DNA of 64,000 bases from Octopus sinensis (GCF_006345805.1 NC_042999.1:147436001-147500000), one strand, 5' to 3'. Shown: positions 1-15,529, counted from the first letter of the stretch. A program made the numbers and translations. The notes: generated by a model from the letters alone, not told the origin.

Positions 1-4
1 GAAT

Positions 5-60
5 TTCGAGCTGATGATAGAAGTGTTGTTTTGACTAATCTTGAAATGTACGTTCTCAAT
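5..60 (+). ncRNA. Degenerate type I hammerhead ribozyme in a probable Penelope-like element end
   Basis: gag-CTGATGA-(aga..agt/act..tct)-GAAA-TGTACG-TT-ctc: intact core, palindromic GTAC in stem III, 3-bp stem I, eroded stem II. About 180 bp of tail follows and ends in (TA)n. Confidence 0.45.
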
Positions 61-239
61 AACCTTAGCATTTGATTTTTCGATGTCCTTACCCCCAAAC
101 TTTTGTGAGTTGAATTAAGCAAGCACTATATATGAGAGAGATTTTCTTTAAGTATTAGAAATAGCTTTAAAAAAGTTTTTTAGCTGCTATTTCTAATGAG
201 TTCAGTATGCGGCAAAGTAATTATTTTACTAAGCCCTTT

Positions 240-240
<1 letters not shown>

Positions 241-301
<61 letters not shown>

Positions 302-428
302 CATCATACATACATATACATACATACATACATACATACATACATACATACGTACATACATACATTCATACATACATACATACATACATACATACATACA
401 TACATACACCCATGCATGCATGCATGCA

Positions 429-459
<31 letters not shown>

Positions 460-510
460 TTGCGTTGTGTGTATATATATATATATCTGTGTGTAAATAT
501 ATACACACAC
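241..510. repeat. Compound (TA)n/(TACA)n microsatellite
   Basis: Read directly. Confidence 0.95.
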
Positions 511-1006
511 ACGTGGCGGCAGTCAAATGACTGAAACAAATAAAAGGGTGCTCATTTTCATGCGACACAAGAATATTTTGTGGTTTTTGTTATTTGTTGC
601 ACTTTCGTAAGTCAAATTTCTCTGTCATCCTGTTTTCTCTGTCATCCTTTTCTTGTGTATGTCGATAAATGAAATATCAAAACATCGCAGCATTTCATAT
701 TATGAGAAGAGGTGCCTTGTAGTATCTATTTCGGTTTGTTTTGTCCTTTATTGAAATACTGCTTGGAGTCACAGGCAAAATTGTTTCGGCGAACGATTAA
801 AATTGTAATCGGTTTGGCATATCCTTAAGCAAGTGCTAATCTATATTTAGTTGGTTATTTGCCATACCAGCACACCCACTAGCGAGAAGAAGCCAAGTGA
901 TTTCCAACTGTCGTGATATTACTCAAGAAATATCACGTACAAACGTACACATACGCAGGAATACACACACAGACACATACAAAGACATACACACACACAA
1001 ATAGAC

Positions 1007-1050
<44 letters not shown>

Positions 1051-1333
1051 TGGCAACCAGTTCTAATGGGAAGTAAGTTCGTTTCAACGAATCTAGTGGT
1101 AATCAAATTTATTTCATGAGGATCAAATTGCTTGCGTATATTTTAATTAAGCAAAGCCTACTTGATCAAACCCGCCCCCTACATCTCCGGTAACACACAT
1201 ATAATTAGTGTTGGTGCTTGTGTATTCGTGCAATTTCAACATCGATATGTATGACGTCGTTGTATCGAAACTATAATACTAGTGATTATGAATGCAACGC
1301 ACTAGCGACTGAGGCCCTGAACCTCCACGCAAA

Positions 1334-1514
1334 CATACATACAAGCATACATACATACATACATACATACATACATACATACATACATACATACATACAT
1401 ACATACATACATACATACATACGTACGTACATACATACATACATACATACATACATACATACATACATACATACATACATACATACATACATACATACAT
1501 ACATACATACATAC
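1334..1514. repeat. (CATA)n microsatellite
   Basis: Read directly. Confidence 0.95.
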
Positions 1515-1554
1515 GTGTTCTTCTTCCACTTTTGATTGTCCTGTCGGTATGAAA

Positions 1555-1810
1555 TGTACTGTTGTTGGATAACACATTATATTTATGTGCGAATTGTTTG
1601 GGTGTGGCAGAAAAGGAAGTTGTTGTGGTAGGAGAACAGACACGACGAAAGCCTGCTCAAGTTGATCAATGGTGATAGTTTCCTGCATACGCTGAATGCT
1701 CAAAGCCATAGAAATTGGTTCAGCTTTTAAAACATGGTATGGGCCACAATAAACGTCTATCAAGTGTTCGTACAAATACGTGAGTCAAGTTACTGATAGT
1801 GGGTTGAATA
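1555..1810 (-). mobile_element. Ty3/Gypsy integrase C-terminal (GPY/F) relic
   Basis: Minus-strand translation YCGPYHVLK...QETITIDQLEQAFV resembles the Gypsy 'Y.GPY.VL...VSIDRLKPA' motif. Confidence 0.55.
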
Positions 1811-3461
1811 AAAGTTATTCGACTGAGGTTTTGTTCTTAATGCCGGTATCTCCGTCATGTACTTTCGCAGCTGATGAATATTGTTGGTTAGGACTAATAA
1901 TTTGTAGGTAAGTGGTATTTCGTTATGCAACAATAATATACAATAAAGTATATTAACTGCGTTTATAAGTAAATACCACGTTCTACTACGTTAGCATATG
2001 CTTTTTACATTATTTTGTCAAGGTTATTTGTAAAGATATTTCATAACAATTATAGCTAGCACTGATTGTTTTCTACAAAGTTTTGTAGTTGTAAACAATG
2101 TGATCGTTGACAAAAATAGGTAATGAGTGTGTGCGCCTTTCATCAGTACTCATCTAACCCATTCTCGACTCGAAAACATTTCTTATATAGCCACCGCATA
2201 CAACGGTGTTAAGTTATTGGATATACCAATCTACATATTAAACACATTCCAGGAGCTGGTACGTAAAGACTAATGATTTGTAGGAACGTATTTTGCTATG
2301 CTAACAATATATAATAAAGTATATTAAATGCTTTTATGAGTCAATACCACGTTCTTGGTAACTTGTAGCCATTTTTATTTGACCAGTCATTTTATGTGAC
2401 GAACCATACAGTAATTCTACCAAAGAGTAACCTAGGTCTTCCTTAACAGTGGCACATCATCTCAAGAACACAATCTTCAGGGCATGTAACCCGCTATTGG
2501 AATCGAAATATGATAGTAAAGCTGTTTTCAACTGTCGATAAACGACATTCAATCATTCCGTTAGTGGTAAGCAAAGTTAAATAGGTCGGCAAAAAGACTG
2601 GATTCGAACGGACGACTCAAGTCAGTCAATATTTTCATAATAATGCACCAGATGACATTTATTCAAAATGTAAACAGGGCGATTTATAACTGCAACAAAA
2701 ACAGAAAACAAAGCAGCAACATCTTTGAACAAAGTAGAAACATTTACTTTGAATTCTTTGTGAATATGTCAATAACAGAACATAACACTAAGAATTCAAA
2801 AGTTGTATCACCACCGATATAGTTCAAGTTTTTCTTAGAAACCGACATAACACGAAAAAGAAATAATGATATACATAGAAAGGTTCGAGTGAAAGAAAGA
2901 TTTATTTTTTTTAAATAAGACATTGATGCGACGGTTATAAATGACAGTTTTTTAAACATACATTTATCTTTTCGCTATTCCATCTCTATTTTCGTTAACA
3001 CAAAACGAACAATGGTGTTAAGAAAAAGACAAAACTGAACGTTTGAACATGTATTGTTGTAGCAAATTTATCAATCTCTCCCTTTCCCTACCAATCAATC
3101 TAGCTAGCTACTTAGCTACATACATACCTAACTACTTATGTATCACAATTTCTAATAATATAGACATTCTCTTTTTTTCCTCTTTCCCTCTCTTTCTCCC
3201 TTTTCTCATGTGTTTTCCCTTTCTAGTTTTCACTGATTCCATTATCCATGTTTCATTTCTATATTTGCTTCCCTTTGTCACCTTCCATCCTCTTTCTATA
3301 TATATTTTTCTACATTAGAGCTATAACTTTTCTTAAATGGCGTAGGCCTGACACACAACGAAAACAGACAAAAACAGGAAGAATGTAATAATAATAATTA
3401 TTATTATTATTATTATTATTTTTATCATCATCATCATCATCACCATCACCATCACCATCAC

Positions 3462-3502
<41 letters not shown>

Positions 3503-3541
3503 ACAACATTATTATTATTATTATTATTATTACAATAATAA

Positions 3542-4097
3542 TTCCCTAATGCAGTACCAGGCAGTGGCTCTCGTGGCTTCTCATCTTAACCGATTGGAAG
3601 TGTTATCATGTACATTGTTTTGTCTTGGTATAAAAGATGGGCTACTGTAAATATTCTGTTCAACATCACATATTTGCTTGTCGGTTGTTTCACCTTTACC
3701 AGTTGAGCATGTCCCTTAGTGGCTGATGATATGTGCATCTCTGATCACGAGCAGAAGTAGTGGCGGAGCATTATAGCCATGTATTGAGAAGAATTCTATG
3801 GGGTTTGGATAATTCACCTCTGGAAACATGGTTGTTTAGTTCAACATACTTAAATAACCCTTAATCAAGGACATTTTCAGTGTGATGGACTACCTTACAC
3901 GAAGAAAAATTTTAACTATCCTTCACCTGCAAGTTCATGCGCTGTTAATCTTGATATGAGATCACCATGTCGCGCACATATGGTTGTGATGTATGTGCCT
4001 AGTGTACACTGATCAGACGGGGAGTCATGCTGAATATATTGCGCTTCGTATGTTTTATCCCAGTGTCATTTTGATGGCATGCACTGCTCTCATACTC
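3542..4097 (+). mobile_element. ~560-bp non-coding AAT-embedded retroposon, copy 1 (diverged)
   Basis: Colinear with copies at 36116, 40382 and 40876; flanked by AAT/AAC trinucleotide repeats. Confidence 0.85.
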
Positions 4098-4136
4098 AAC
4101 AACAACAACAACAAAAATAATAATAATAATAATAAC

Positions 4137-4180
<44 letters not shown>

Positions 4181-4203
4181 TAATAATGATGATGATAATA
4201 ATA

Positions 4204-4236
<33 letters not shown>

Positions 4237-4455
4237 TGTATGTATGTATGTATGTATGTATGTATGCATGCATGTATGTATGTATGTATGTATGTATGTA
4301 TGTATGTATGCATGAATATACATATAGTAAGACAAGAGATGTAATATCCAAGCAGACACCAAATTTCTCTATGTAAGATGCCAAAGCATGTTTCTTCAGA
4401 TAGTACGTTTAATAGTAAATTTCCTTTAACTCCCATCCGATGTTACAGATATATC

Positions 4456-4509
<54 letters not shown>

Positions 4510-4531
4510 ATATATATAGGCATATACATAT

Positions 4532-4602
<71 letters not shown>

Positions 4603-4699
4603 TATATGCATGCATGTATCTAGAATGGTGAAACGTAGCACACTAATTGATATGTATGAGGAAAATAAGATAAAATAGAAAATGCTAAAATGAACATTT

Positions 4700-5600
4700 T
4701 AGTACCGGTTTTAGACTTTTAGACTTTTCCAATTTGGAACAAAGCATAAAATAAACAATCAAATAGTGAAAAAATTTTAATGAAATCGTTTTTTAAAAAT
4801 ATATTCGCCGAGGAAGTAGTCGGTGAAGAAGAAGAAGAAGACGGGCGTGGTATTATAGTAGTAGACTGTTCGTGGGATCTTCTTAAATGGTCAGTGATCT
4901 AAAAGTGACCTCTTGTGGTTGTAGCATTAGTGAGTGGAATTCTGAATAAATTCAAAGGTAGTCATTTTTCTGAATATATAGTTTTCAATATTTGCGTGGG
5001 TTTCAAGGCGACATGCAGGCAGAAACGTTAGCACACCGAGTAAAATGCTTAGCGGTATTTCCTCTGTTTTTATGTTATAAGTTCAAATTCTGGCGAGGTC
5101 GACTTTGCTTTTCGGGATCGATGAATTAAGTACTGGTTGCGTACTAGGGTCGATCTAATTGACTGAAGCCCACCCCAAAAATTTCGGGCCTTTTGCCTAG
5201 AGTAGAAAAGAACATTTGCGTCGGTTTTATTCAAAGATCCTTGTAGCAATGGCATCTGTAGTGGAAGCATTCAAAATGTGGTTTATAGTTTGCAATAAAA
5301 TATGATTCTTTGCTAATGCGCTGACTATAGGTTGCATTGCTTCTGAATTTATAGCGGGGGATGTGGAATTCTGAAGTTCGGTTGAAGATTGCAGTGATGA
5401 GAAAAGTTTATTAGACAGGATGCATTCTAAGACTGAAATGTTGGTATACACAACATATGAATCGCATAATCGATTCACTGTGGGAGAAAATTGCCTTGAA
5501 TATTAGGGCGGAAGAGTTTAAATAGGAGATTTAAAAAATAGGCTGGCTGCTAGTAGGAGATTTTCAGCTTGATAGCTAGTTTGAACCAAATCATTGTTCT
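4700..5600 (-). mobile_element. Highly decayed Penelope-like 3' (GIY-YIG) relic interrupted by a SINE
   Basis: Minus-strand remnants such as SYVVY and ENYIF..K; eroded 'aaaccggta' ribozyme-like end near 4700; TA-tract flanks. Confidence 0.3.
5026..5212 (+). mobile_element. tRNA-derived SINE, family B (Meta-domain-like core)
   Basis: ggcagaaacgttagcac...gttcaaattc (B box)...gtcgactttgc...taagtactggttgcgtactagggtcgat; matches the copy at 45962. Confidence 0.8.
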
Positions 5601-5733
5601 CTATACCTTCTATTTTGAAATACTTCAGGAAAAAGCTGTTTATCATTGAATATTTATGCACTGGGACAAAAGAAATTTAATGAAATGTGTTCATCTAGGA
5701 TTGTAATTATATTTCGTTATGGTTGATGTCCGA

Positions 5734-5775
<42 letters not shown>

Positions 5776-5871
5776 AGAGAGAGAAAGAGATTGAGAGAGA
5801 GAGAGAAGTACAGAAAATGAAGTATTCTCAGACTATATATATATATATCTCTTTCTCTCTCTCTCTTTTTT

Positions 5872-6280
5872 CTTTTTCTACTTGTTTCAGTCATTTTTGA
5901 CTGCTGCCATGCTGGTGCACCGCCTTTAATCGAGCAACTCGACTCCGGGACTTATTCTTTATAAGCCCAGTACTTATTCTAACGGTCTCTTTTGCCGAAC
6001 CGCTAAGTAACGGGGACATAAACATACCACATCGGTTGTCAAGCAATGCTAGCGGGACAAACACAGACACACAAACATACACGCACATACATATATATAT
6101 ATATATATACATATATACGACGGGCTTCTTTCAGTTTCTGTCTACAAAATCCACTCAGAAGGCTTTGGTCGGCCCGAGGCTATAGTAGAAGACACTTGCC
6201 CAAGGTGCCACGCAGTGGGACTGAACCCGGAACCATGTGGTTGGTAAACAAGCTACTTACCACACAGCCACTTCTGCGCC
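5872..6280 (-). mobile_element. tRNA-derived SINE, family A (CORE-like), full length
   Basis: Reverse complement of the copies at 32579 and 38922: A box tggctgtgtgg, B box ggttcagtcc, ccttgggcaagt core, internal TA/TG tract, LINE-like tail. Confidence 0.9.
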
Positions 6281-6619
6281 TATAAAAACGAAAATGTAGA
6301 ACCTACCTCCGAATTACCTACATAATCTGAGAATATTTCATTTTCTGTAGTTTATCTTCATACGTAGGAAGGCGAGTGTTGATTCATATTACTGTTGATA
6401 ATTTTCTGGTATATAAGGAGGATTCGTATCTTAAAATTTAAATTTTAACATTTAAGATGTTTTAAATTTTAATTTTGGTACTCTTAAAAATGTAGCTTAA
6501 TCTTATACATGGACCATGCTCTGATATCCTTTGTTGAAAATAATTTAGAAACTAATTTGTGATCCTCTCATTGTGAGTTTAGATAGTGCGGATTTCGACT
6601 CAGTCTTGTAAACTACTGG

Positions 6620-6990
6620 TGTAAAAAGAAATGCCACGTAGTTGTGCCCAGGATTCGTTGCCTGGTGAGAAATTGCGAGCCACGTGATTTCGGGTTCCAT
6701 TCCCATTGCGTGGCATTTAGGATAATATGTGTGTGAGTGTGTCTGTGTGTGTGAGTGTGTCTGTGTGTTTGAGAGTGTATGTCTGTTTGTGTTTGCGTTG
6801 GTCCCCCACCACCGCTTGACAACCAGTATTGGTTTCTTTAAGTCCCGTAACTTAGCTGTTCGGCAAAAGGGTGCGATAGAATAAATACCAAGCTTTTAAA
6901 AAAAAACTACTGGGGTTCGAATCATTCGATCCTTCAAGGCGTTTCCCCAGCATGGCTGCACTGATATGATGGAAACAAGTCAAAATGTCA
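6620..6990 (+). mobile_element. Diverged family A SINE
   Basis: gcttgacaacc...gttcggcaaaag...gatagaataa...ccagcatggc tail. Confidence 0.7.
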
Positions 6991-7761
6991 AAATGATACT
7001 GCGCAGCAATTTCCTCAACTGGTTGCTCTTCCAGTTTATGTGGCTTTGTGATCATGTTAATACGTATTGCATTATTTATTATTTGTTAGATTTGATAGTA
7101 TTCCTAGATTAGGAATAAATCCATTGAAACTTCTACCTGCTTGATGTCGGCCTTGTTTCAGATTTAGAGATCATGACAGAACGAAATCCCAACATTCCAC
7201 ATCAATAAATGCATTGCGTTTAGTCGAAGTGATTGATAAAGGAAGATGGTGGAAAAGTTAACATTTAATCTGACGAATTCGACCTTTGTTTAGAGAATTT
7301 CTTTTTACATATACATTTACCCCTTAAAAGAATGTAATGTATTGTTTCTGTCAAAATATTAGATAAATTAGTTTTCTTATGAATTAAAATTAGTTTTAGG
7401 ATACAGTGTTCGTTACAGCCAAAAGTATTTCTATAATACTGTTTTGTTTTCTGTGTTAAATTTTTTCCACATCAATAATATCGTTGTATAACATGTATTA
7501 AACAAGAGATTATCAATAACTGTATAAATTAATATAACCAATAGAAAATTTCATACAATAGTCCAGTACACAGAAACACACTGAGACACACACAGATCCA
7601 CACACGCAGACAAACACGTACAGACACACACACACATACATACACACACAAACGCACGCACACACACATACATATATAAATATATCCTTGGCAGGACCAA
7701 TAAAATAGTATGTGAGCATGCGAATAATTTCTAACACAGAAACAAAATACATATTCAATGT

Positions 7762-7799
<38 letters not shown>

Positions 7800-8465
7800 A
7801 ATGTAGAGATGTATTGCCAAAAACGATTAAAGATTCAGGATAACTTGCGGCCTTTGTTCTGATACTCTCCCTGCTTAGTTCGAATACAGCCGAAGCTTTT
7901 TACGTCGTCATTTACATTACCTCAATCTTAATATCTTACACAGAGATAGTTTTTTATGTTTTCACATAAACTTTTGAAGTCTAAGCTGTGTGCTTTTGGA
8001 GCGATGAATAATTGAAGGAGTTTGCGTATCTCTACTTTAGTCATATATCAGCGACTTTCTTCCTTTTCTTTACTGTTTCCGCTCTTTTCTTAATGGCTAC
8101 TTAGTATTGTAATCTTCATAAACGAAATAAAAGAAATTACATTTCGAGCTTTTGTTACAGGCGAATTCTGTTAAGCTAACTTTAAACAATCTCTTGTAGT
8201 TAACGTTCAAGCAGTATGGATTGTCTTTGCCTTTTAATCATCTTCATTCTCTTCCTTCAGTAAGAAGATACTAAATTAGTTTTCAGTAAGATGACAACAT
8301 ATGAAAGAGTTTCCTGTATTGTCCTCAATGATCAATCGAAATTTTCATTTGTAAAATTCAAAACATTTTATATAACAAAGAAACGACTTCATAAATAAAG
8401 TGAATATTTAAATTAAGTCATTTTTATTGAAATAAGTGACTCCATTAAGATTGTTGCTAAAGTTT

Positions 8466-8650
8466 GTTTCAAATTTTGCTACAAGGCCTGCAGTTTCGAT
8501 GGAAGAGGCACATCGATTACATATCAACCTCTTGACATGATGTAAGGCAAAGTTGAGTTCGGCGGGATTTGAACTCAAGAAAGTAAAGACGGACGAAATA
8601 CCGCTAAGCATCATGCCCGGCGCGATAACAATTCTACCTTCTAATCGCCT
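8466..8650 (-). mobile_element. Diverged family B SINE
   Basis: gatttgaactcaaga...gacggacgaaataccgctaagca is the reverse complement of the family B head; a second eroded copy lies at ~8870-9060. Confidence 0.7.
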
Positions 8651-8722
8651 TAACTGTTTACGAATATTGAATGCTGGTTACTTGATGAAACAAATATTTT
8701 GCATGAATATACACTCATTGAT

Positions 8723-8813
<91 letters not shown>
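8723..8813. repeat. (GATA)n microsatellite
   Basis: Read directly. Confidence 0.95.
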
Positions 8814-8814
<1 letters not shown>

Positions 8815-10514
8815 CATCGTATGTGTGTGTTTGTGCGTGTGTGTGTTTTCGTATGTACCAATGTAATATTAGTTTCAAATTTTGACACAAGGCCATCCAT
8901 TATGGGGGAGTAAGTGAGGTGATTACATCGACTCAAATGCTGAAATGGTACTTGTTTTATCAACCCCGAAAGGCAAATTCAACCTCGGCGGAACGAAATG
9001 ACAGATGAAATACAACTGATTCTTTTTGCCTGGCGTGTTTATTATTGTGCCAATTCTCAGCCATATGTGTCAAAGTAATATTGACAGGATCGCTCTACAC
9101 TGAGCTACACATGCCTGGCGCTGTTCGGCGACAAACGAAGAAAAAATAACTGTTTTCGAACGACTCCAATGCGCGGAAGGACTCCGACACTCTACTTGGA
9201 AATCCGTAATCGGTTACCTGATATAAGAGCCTGCAGCTCGGACAACATGTTTTATACAACTGCAACTCTACAAGAGTTACATCCTCACATTACTAATGGT
9301 GTCTTTTAATTTGCAGGTATATCCGTGATTAACTGGAAGATTTTATGAAATAACCTTTGAAAAATCCCATTATAAAGCTGACAAATGTATATTTGAACTC
9401 TAAGACAGATCTCTTCTCATTCCAAAATCTGACACGATTTTACAGGTTAAATAGAGATGCCGTGGAGAATAATTAAATAATTACGCCTATAGTTCGCACT
9501 CACACCTTTGTCATATCTTATGCTATGTTTAATTCGGGCTGTGAAATGACATTACGTTTTCACGCGTCTCTGAGGTTAATTACCGATACGGTAGTACAGT
9601 CAATCGAACTACTGCATGCTCGCACTCGAAAGCGACGGAGGATTTATTAACCTTGGCCGTACAACTGCAAAGTTAGAACTCTCTGTGGGGTATTGTACAG
9701 TTATTGTAAGCGAAAATGTCAGTCGGTTACACTCCACTCATACGTAATAAAGCAGACCTATTATGGTGAACACCATGTCATTTTAATTTATATTGGTAAA
9801 CAATATCCTTTTGTTCATGCTGAGTCTAAGATTGAAAGGTGTGGTTTTAGCGATATTTGCTGCTATTTCTAACAGAGTGATTAAACTCATAGAGACTCTT
9901 TTGTTATCACTAGTAATAAATGTCATTAGTTTTTGGCCCTGCATCATACAATTAAGACCAGTGCAGAGTAAGTCGCTTTTAATATCCGTTCGTCTGAATT
10001 ATGGGATATGAATAACAAAAGCGTGAACAGTCGCCACCAATCAGTTATGTCTTTATATTGTACATTATAGTGGTATTAATCACTTTATTAGCTATCTTAG
10101 TAAATTAAATAAGCGCCAAACATTGCTAAAAATAATCAATTTATACATACATACATTGATACACACACGCACACATGTGCTAAAAATGCGAATGTTTTTT
10201 AATATTCCAATAAATGATTATGACAATGCTAATGGTCATTTGAACATTTAATACAACTGACTATATAAATGATAATAAATAGATTTCAGCAGCTAACGAC
10301 AAATATTAATGTTATATTCAAAGTATTAATTAATCACAGTAAATATGACATTTATTTCAGTGTTGCGAGAGGAAACGATGATAAAACTTCTGTTGAAGCA
10401 GCTGGCTGTATCTGATGCAAAATCATTCATGATGTATATGAGACGTATGTAATGTAGTTGGAAGAACATGAATATTTTAAAATTATGTTGAAATTCTATA
10501 CTATAAAAAAACCA

Positions 10515-10656
10515 TTAATCTGAACTTCGCAATGGTGCAGATGGTGGCATTCCGTCGGTTACGACGACGAGGGTTCCAGTTGATCCGATCAACGGAACAG
10601 CCTGCTCGTGAAATAAATGTGCAAGTGGCTGAGCACTCCACAGACACGTGTACCTA
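10515..10656 (+). mobile_element. Fragment of a third interspersed SINE-like repeat
   Basis: gttccagttgatccgatcaacggaacagcctgctcgtgaaat...gagcactccacagacacgtgtacc, recalled as a high-copy octopus repeat; truncated by the adjacent fold-back. Confidence 0.5.
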
Positions 10657-10660
10657 TATA

Positions 10661-11020
10661 TACGGGAAATAAGAAAACGGAGCGGATATAAAATCGAACA
10701 GACTTCAGCCAGTGAAAACATTCAAGTATGTCTATTTATTCAATAGTAAAGGATAAATACACTCACACGTATGAGGTATACAGATTAGCGAGTGGAAACA
10801 GCTGGTAACTGCATAGACAAGTGTGTGAATACATATAAGTATATAAAAGCAAATGAGCAACTGGGCAAATGAGTTACCAGCTTTTTCCACTCGCTAATCT
10901 GTATAACTCATGCATGTGAATGCATTCATACTTTACAATTGAATAGATAGACATACTTGAATGTTTACTGGCTGATGTTTCTCCACTATATATCCTCTTC
11001 GTTTTCATATTTGCCGTATA
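10661..11020. repeat. Diverged inverted repeat (~150-bp arms, ~60-bp spacer) with a one-sided tail to 11190
   Basis: 10661-10810 is the reverse complement of 10872-11020 (e.g. tatacagattagcgagtggaaa / tttccactcgctaatctgtata; cattcaagtatgtctat / atagacatacttgaatg). Confidence 0.85.
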
Positions 11021-11188
11021 AATCATGCGTAAATCACTCTTTTACCCCTGCCCAGATATAATACTCAATTGCGAGATTGCCATTCAATAACTAGCACTTG
11101 ACTAACTATGAATAATTGGGTACACTACCAGCAGTATATTACATAGGTACTATCCCTTAATTGGTTTATCAATATCGAACTCACAGAG

Positions 11189-11238
<50 letters not shown>

Positions 11239-11267
11239 ATGTGTGTGTGTGTGTGTCTGTATATATA

Positions 11268-11440
11268 CTGGAGACTGTTTTAGCTGAAGAATGGACAAAA
11301 ATACCTTTAGAAACAATTCAAACTTTGTACGAGTCCATACCCCGTAGAATTTAAGCTGTATTTACTGCCAAAGGCGGTCCTGCCGTATATCAAAATAAAG
11401 TGGTTTGAAATTTTAAGGTGTTTCCATTTTCTCCAACCTC

Positions 11441-11442
<2 letters not shown>
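11268..11442 (+). mobile_element. Tc1 transposon 3' end (transposase C-terminus plus TIR)
   Basis: LETVLAEEWTKIPLETIQTLYESIPRRI*AVFTAKGGPAVY is a typical Tc1 terminus; ends gtgtttccattt..tccaacctctg followed by TA. Confidence 0.8.
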
Positions 11443-11494
<52 letters not shown>

Positions 11495-11524
11495 GATGTG
11501 TGTGTCTGTGTGTGTGTGTGCGTA

Positions 11525-11555
<31 letters not shown>

Positions 11556-14320
11556 GCGTGTGTGTGTGTGTATAGATATGACTGATTTCCATGTAGTTTA
11601 CGTTTGCCAAAATTCACTCACTAGTCCTTTACTAGTTTGGATCTCTAGTATAAGGCATTTACCCAATGTTCCGTACATGCATTTCCAAATCGATTACCTT
11701 TTCATATCTTTAATATATTTCCCTTGTCTATGAGAGTTTCTAACAGTTTCTAACTACTTGCTTTCTACTCTAACTAGCAAGAAACTTTTCATATATATAA
11801 CCTTTACCGCCAGCTCAGTCTAATAAACAATTCATCCCATTTGCTTACATAACTTATTTCCCTTACTTCACTTTTTTGTAAATATATAAAGACTGAAGTA
11901 GCTAGATTCGGAAAGTCATTTCTTGAGAAGAACAATTGGATGATTTATTCTTATGTCCAGTGACCCTATTGAAAATGTCAGAAATCAAGAACTCCATATT
12001 TTTAGCTACGCTAGTCTATAATATTTGATCATTATAAGGATGTCATTTTCTTGTTTCTTTCAGTTTATCGGTTTCTTTTTGTATGTATTTCTTGTTTCAG
12101 ACTCGTTTAGTTATTTATATGTATCTTGTAATAAAGATGTGATGAGATGAGAAGGTCGATGAATAGCAAAAAGAATAGAGTGCTGAGATAAATGACTTTT
12201 GATATTTCGTTCATTCAATTTACATTAAAAGTTCAACCCGGCCTGGAGTTAACTTTGTCTTACAATTTCTGGATACAGAAGAATGATGATGAAAAAATAG
12301 ATTCTAATTTTTGGCACAAAGCAAGCTGATATTTTTCGGTTGGGTGGGGCTTAGTGGATAACATCTATCCCCAGTGCTTGACTGATGCTAACTTTATAGA
12401 TCCACAAGGAGAAAACCAAAGCTAATTCTGGATGTAATTCAAGTCAGGACGTAAATATCCGGAAGAAATACCTTAATGTATTTCGTTTGATATTCTGATG
12501 CGTCTTCCAATCCATCGGCCTTAATAATAATTATGATTTATTATTTAGATGCGAGGTCAGCAAGTTTCAGGTGAGTGGTTTCACGATAACACTGACCCCA
12601 CTACACTTTACTAACACTTGAGGGATCAAAGGCAATTTCGAACCCATATTTGTTTTCAAAGATAAAAGTCCCGGAAGAAATTTCCCAAATATTTTGGTTC
12701 GACTTTCTGTCACTTCTGGCAATCTAACACACTTCATAATACTAATAATAATATGTAATAAGGGCACAGAAATACAACTTTAGATATGTGTAATTGCTAA
12801 TAAATTCCATACCAGTAATTTAGCAAAATTTCGTTTTAGCGGTATGGGAAAGATGAAAAGCAAAATCAGTTTGGTGAAATTCAAACTCTGAACATTTTGA
12901 GCAGGGCATAATACTGGAAAGTAGTTTACCCACCGCTCTTGCGATTCTAACAATCTACCCGCATTAGGTAATTCCGAATTTGATGTTATTCCAGTCGCTG
13001 CATCTACTGATTCTATTCTTGTCTCTTTATCAATGGCTCTTGGCGCAGTAATATATGTTGCTGCTGTTGGTAGCATTATATCTTTTGCTGATGGTATTGG
13101 GGCAGATGTTGTTACTCCTTTTTGCACACGTTGCTGATGTGTTGTTTTACATGATTGTCGTTGCAGCGTTGATGTCACCTACAGGAGGTATCTTCCATTG
13201 TTGGCTATGTAGGAAGAAATCTGTTTGAAATTTGTTGGCTATGTGGGAAGAAATCTGTACTTTATAAGGGGCAGCTGGTCTTGTGCTCGTCACAATGTTT
13301 CGCAGCATCACACTATTCGGCAAGGATTATATCTGGTTTCCTTTCTATTTGCTCCTGTTGAACATGGAGAAGAGCTTCCAGTGTGATTCCAGAACAATCC
13401 TCCTGCCTCGACAGCTCACAACCAAGAAGTATCGTACCCTTTTTTGAAAACTAGCTCGAATCCATCAGAGATCCAACTGGGAGAATCATCAGAACACTTA
13501 ACATGTCAGTTTGTCTACAATATGAGAAGAACTCAACATTCTCTCAGTTCCAGCAGGGCGAGGTGCGTTATTCTTAAATAGGAATTCGACCTGAAATGTT
13601 TTACACTGGATAAGGACCGGATGTCTTTCTAAAACTTATAGTGAGCGATCTGCTTGTAAGTCACTTGTTTGTAATTCACTTGTTTGTAATTCACTGTTTT
13701 CAGACTACGACATTTTATTGACAGATATTGATGTGTCTTTCCCGCAGCTGCAGCTGGAATTTTTGGTGGCATACTACACACTTTGGTCCTGGCAGTAATG
13801 ATGTATTTGAAAAATGAATTAAGATGTCGTTGCTAATAAATTTGAGGTCGGCAAGAAAAACCTGTTACTAACCTCTTCACACATCCTATTAGCGTGCGTA
13901 TGTGTTGTGTGGACGCCCCCAGACGATGACGTAGGCTAGCCCGATACGTAGATATAGAGGGAGAAGCCTAGACGTCAGAAGAGCAGGAGCAGAGTGAAGT
14001 GGAGTAGCGGTCATCCGAACGTGCGGCATAATAGTATGTTTATGTAACGCCTTGACTTTAAACCTAAAAAGAGATAAGATTAAAAATTTTGAAAAGAAAA
14101 ATCCTATGGAATTACATTTGCTCTGCCTCATCTTTATACTGTGCAGTACTGATGACGCAAAAAACAGCTTAAACAAATAATAAGAAAATAGTAGGAGACG
14201 CAATGAATGAGATTCAAAATAAACCAACAATAATAATAATAAGGATTTCGAATTTTAGCACAAGGCCAGCAATTTGGGAGTAGGAGATGAGTCGAATACG
14301 TCGACCCCAGTACTCAATGG

Positions 14321-14428
14321 TGCATGTGCTTAGTGTACCCTTATCAGAAGGGTAGTCATGATGGGTATACTGGGCTTCGTATATTTTACCCCAGTGTCAC
14401 TTTGATGGTATGCACTGCTCTCTCACTC
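14321..14428 (+). mobile_element. 5'-truncated copy of the 560-bp AAT retroposon
   Basis: Last ~108 bp of the element followed by (AAT)n. Confidence 0.85.
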
Positions 14429-14469
14429 AATAATAATAATAATTATTATTATTATTATTATTATTATTA

Positions 14470-15330
<861 letters not shown>

Positions 15331-15529
15331 CTCTTTTTTTATTACGAACGCATGGCCTGAAATTTATGGAGTGGGTGTTTATCGATCACATCGACCCCAG
15401 TGCTCGACTGGTACTTATTTTATTGACGACAAATGGATGAAAAGCAAAACCGAATCAGTACGTAAAGCCGCACGAAATACCGTTATGCATTTGTATCGGC
15501 ATTCCAACGAATCCACCATCTCGATACCT

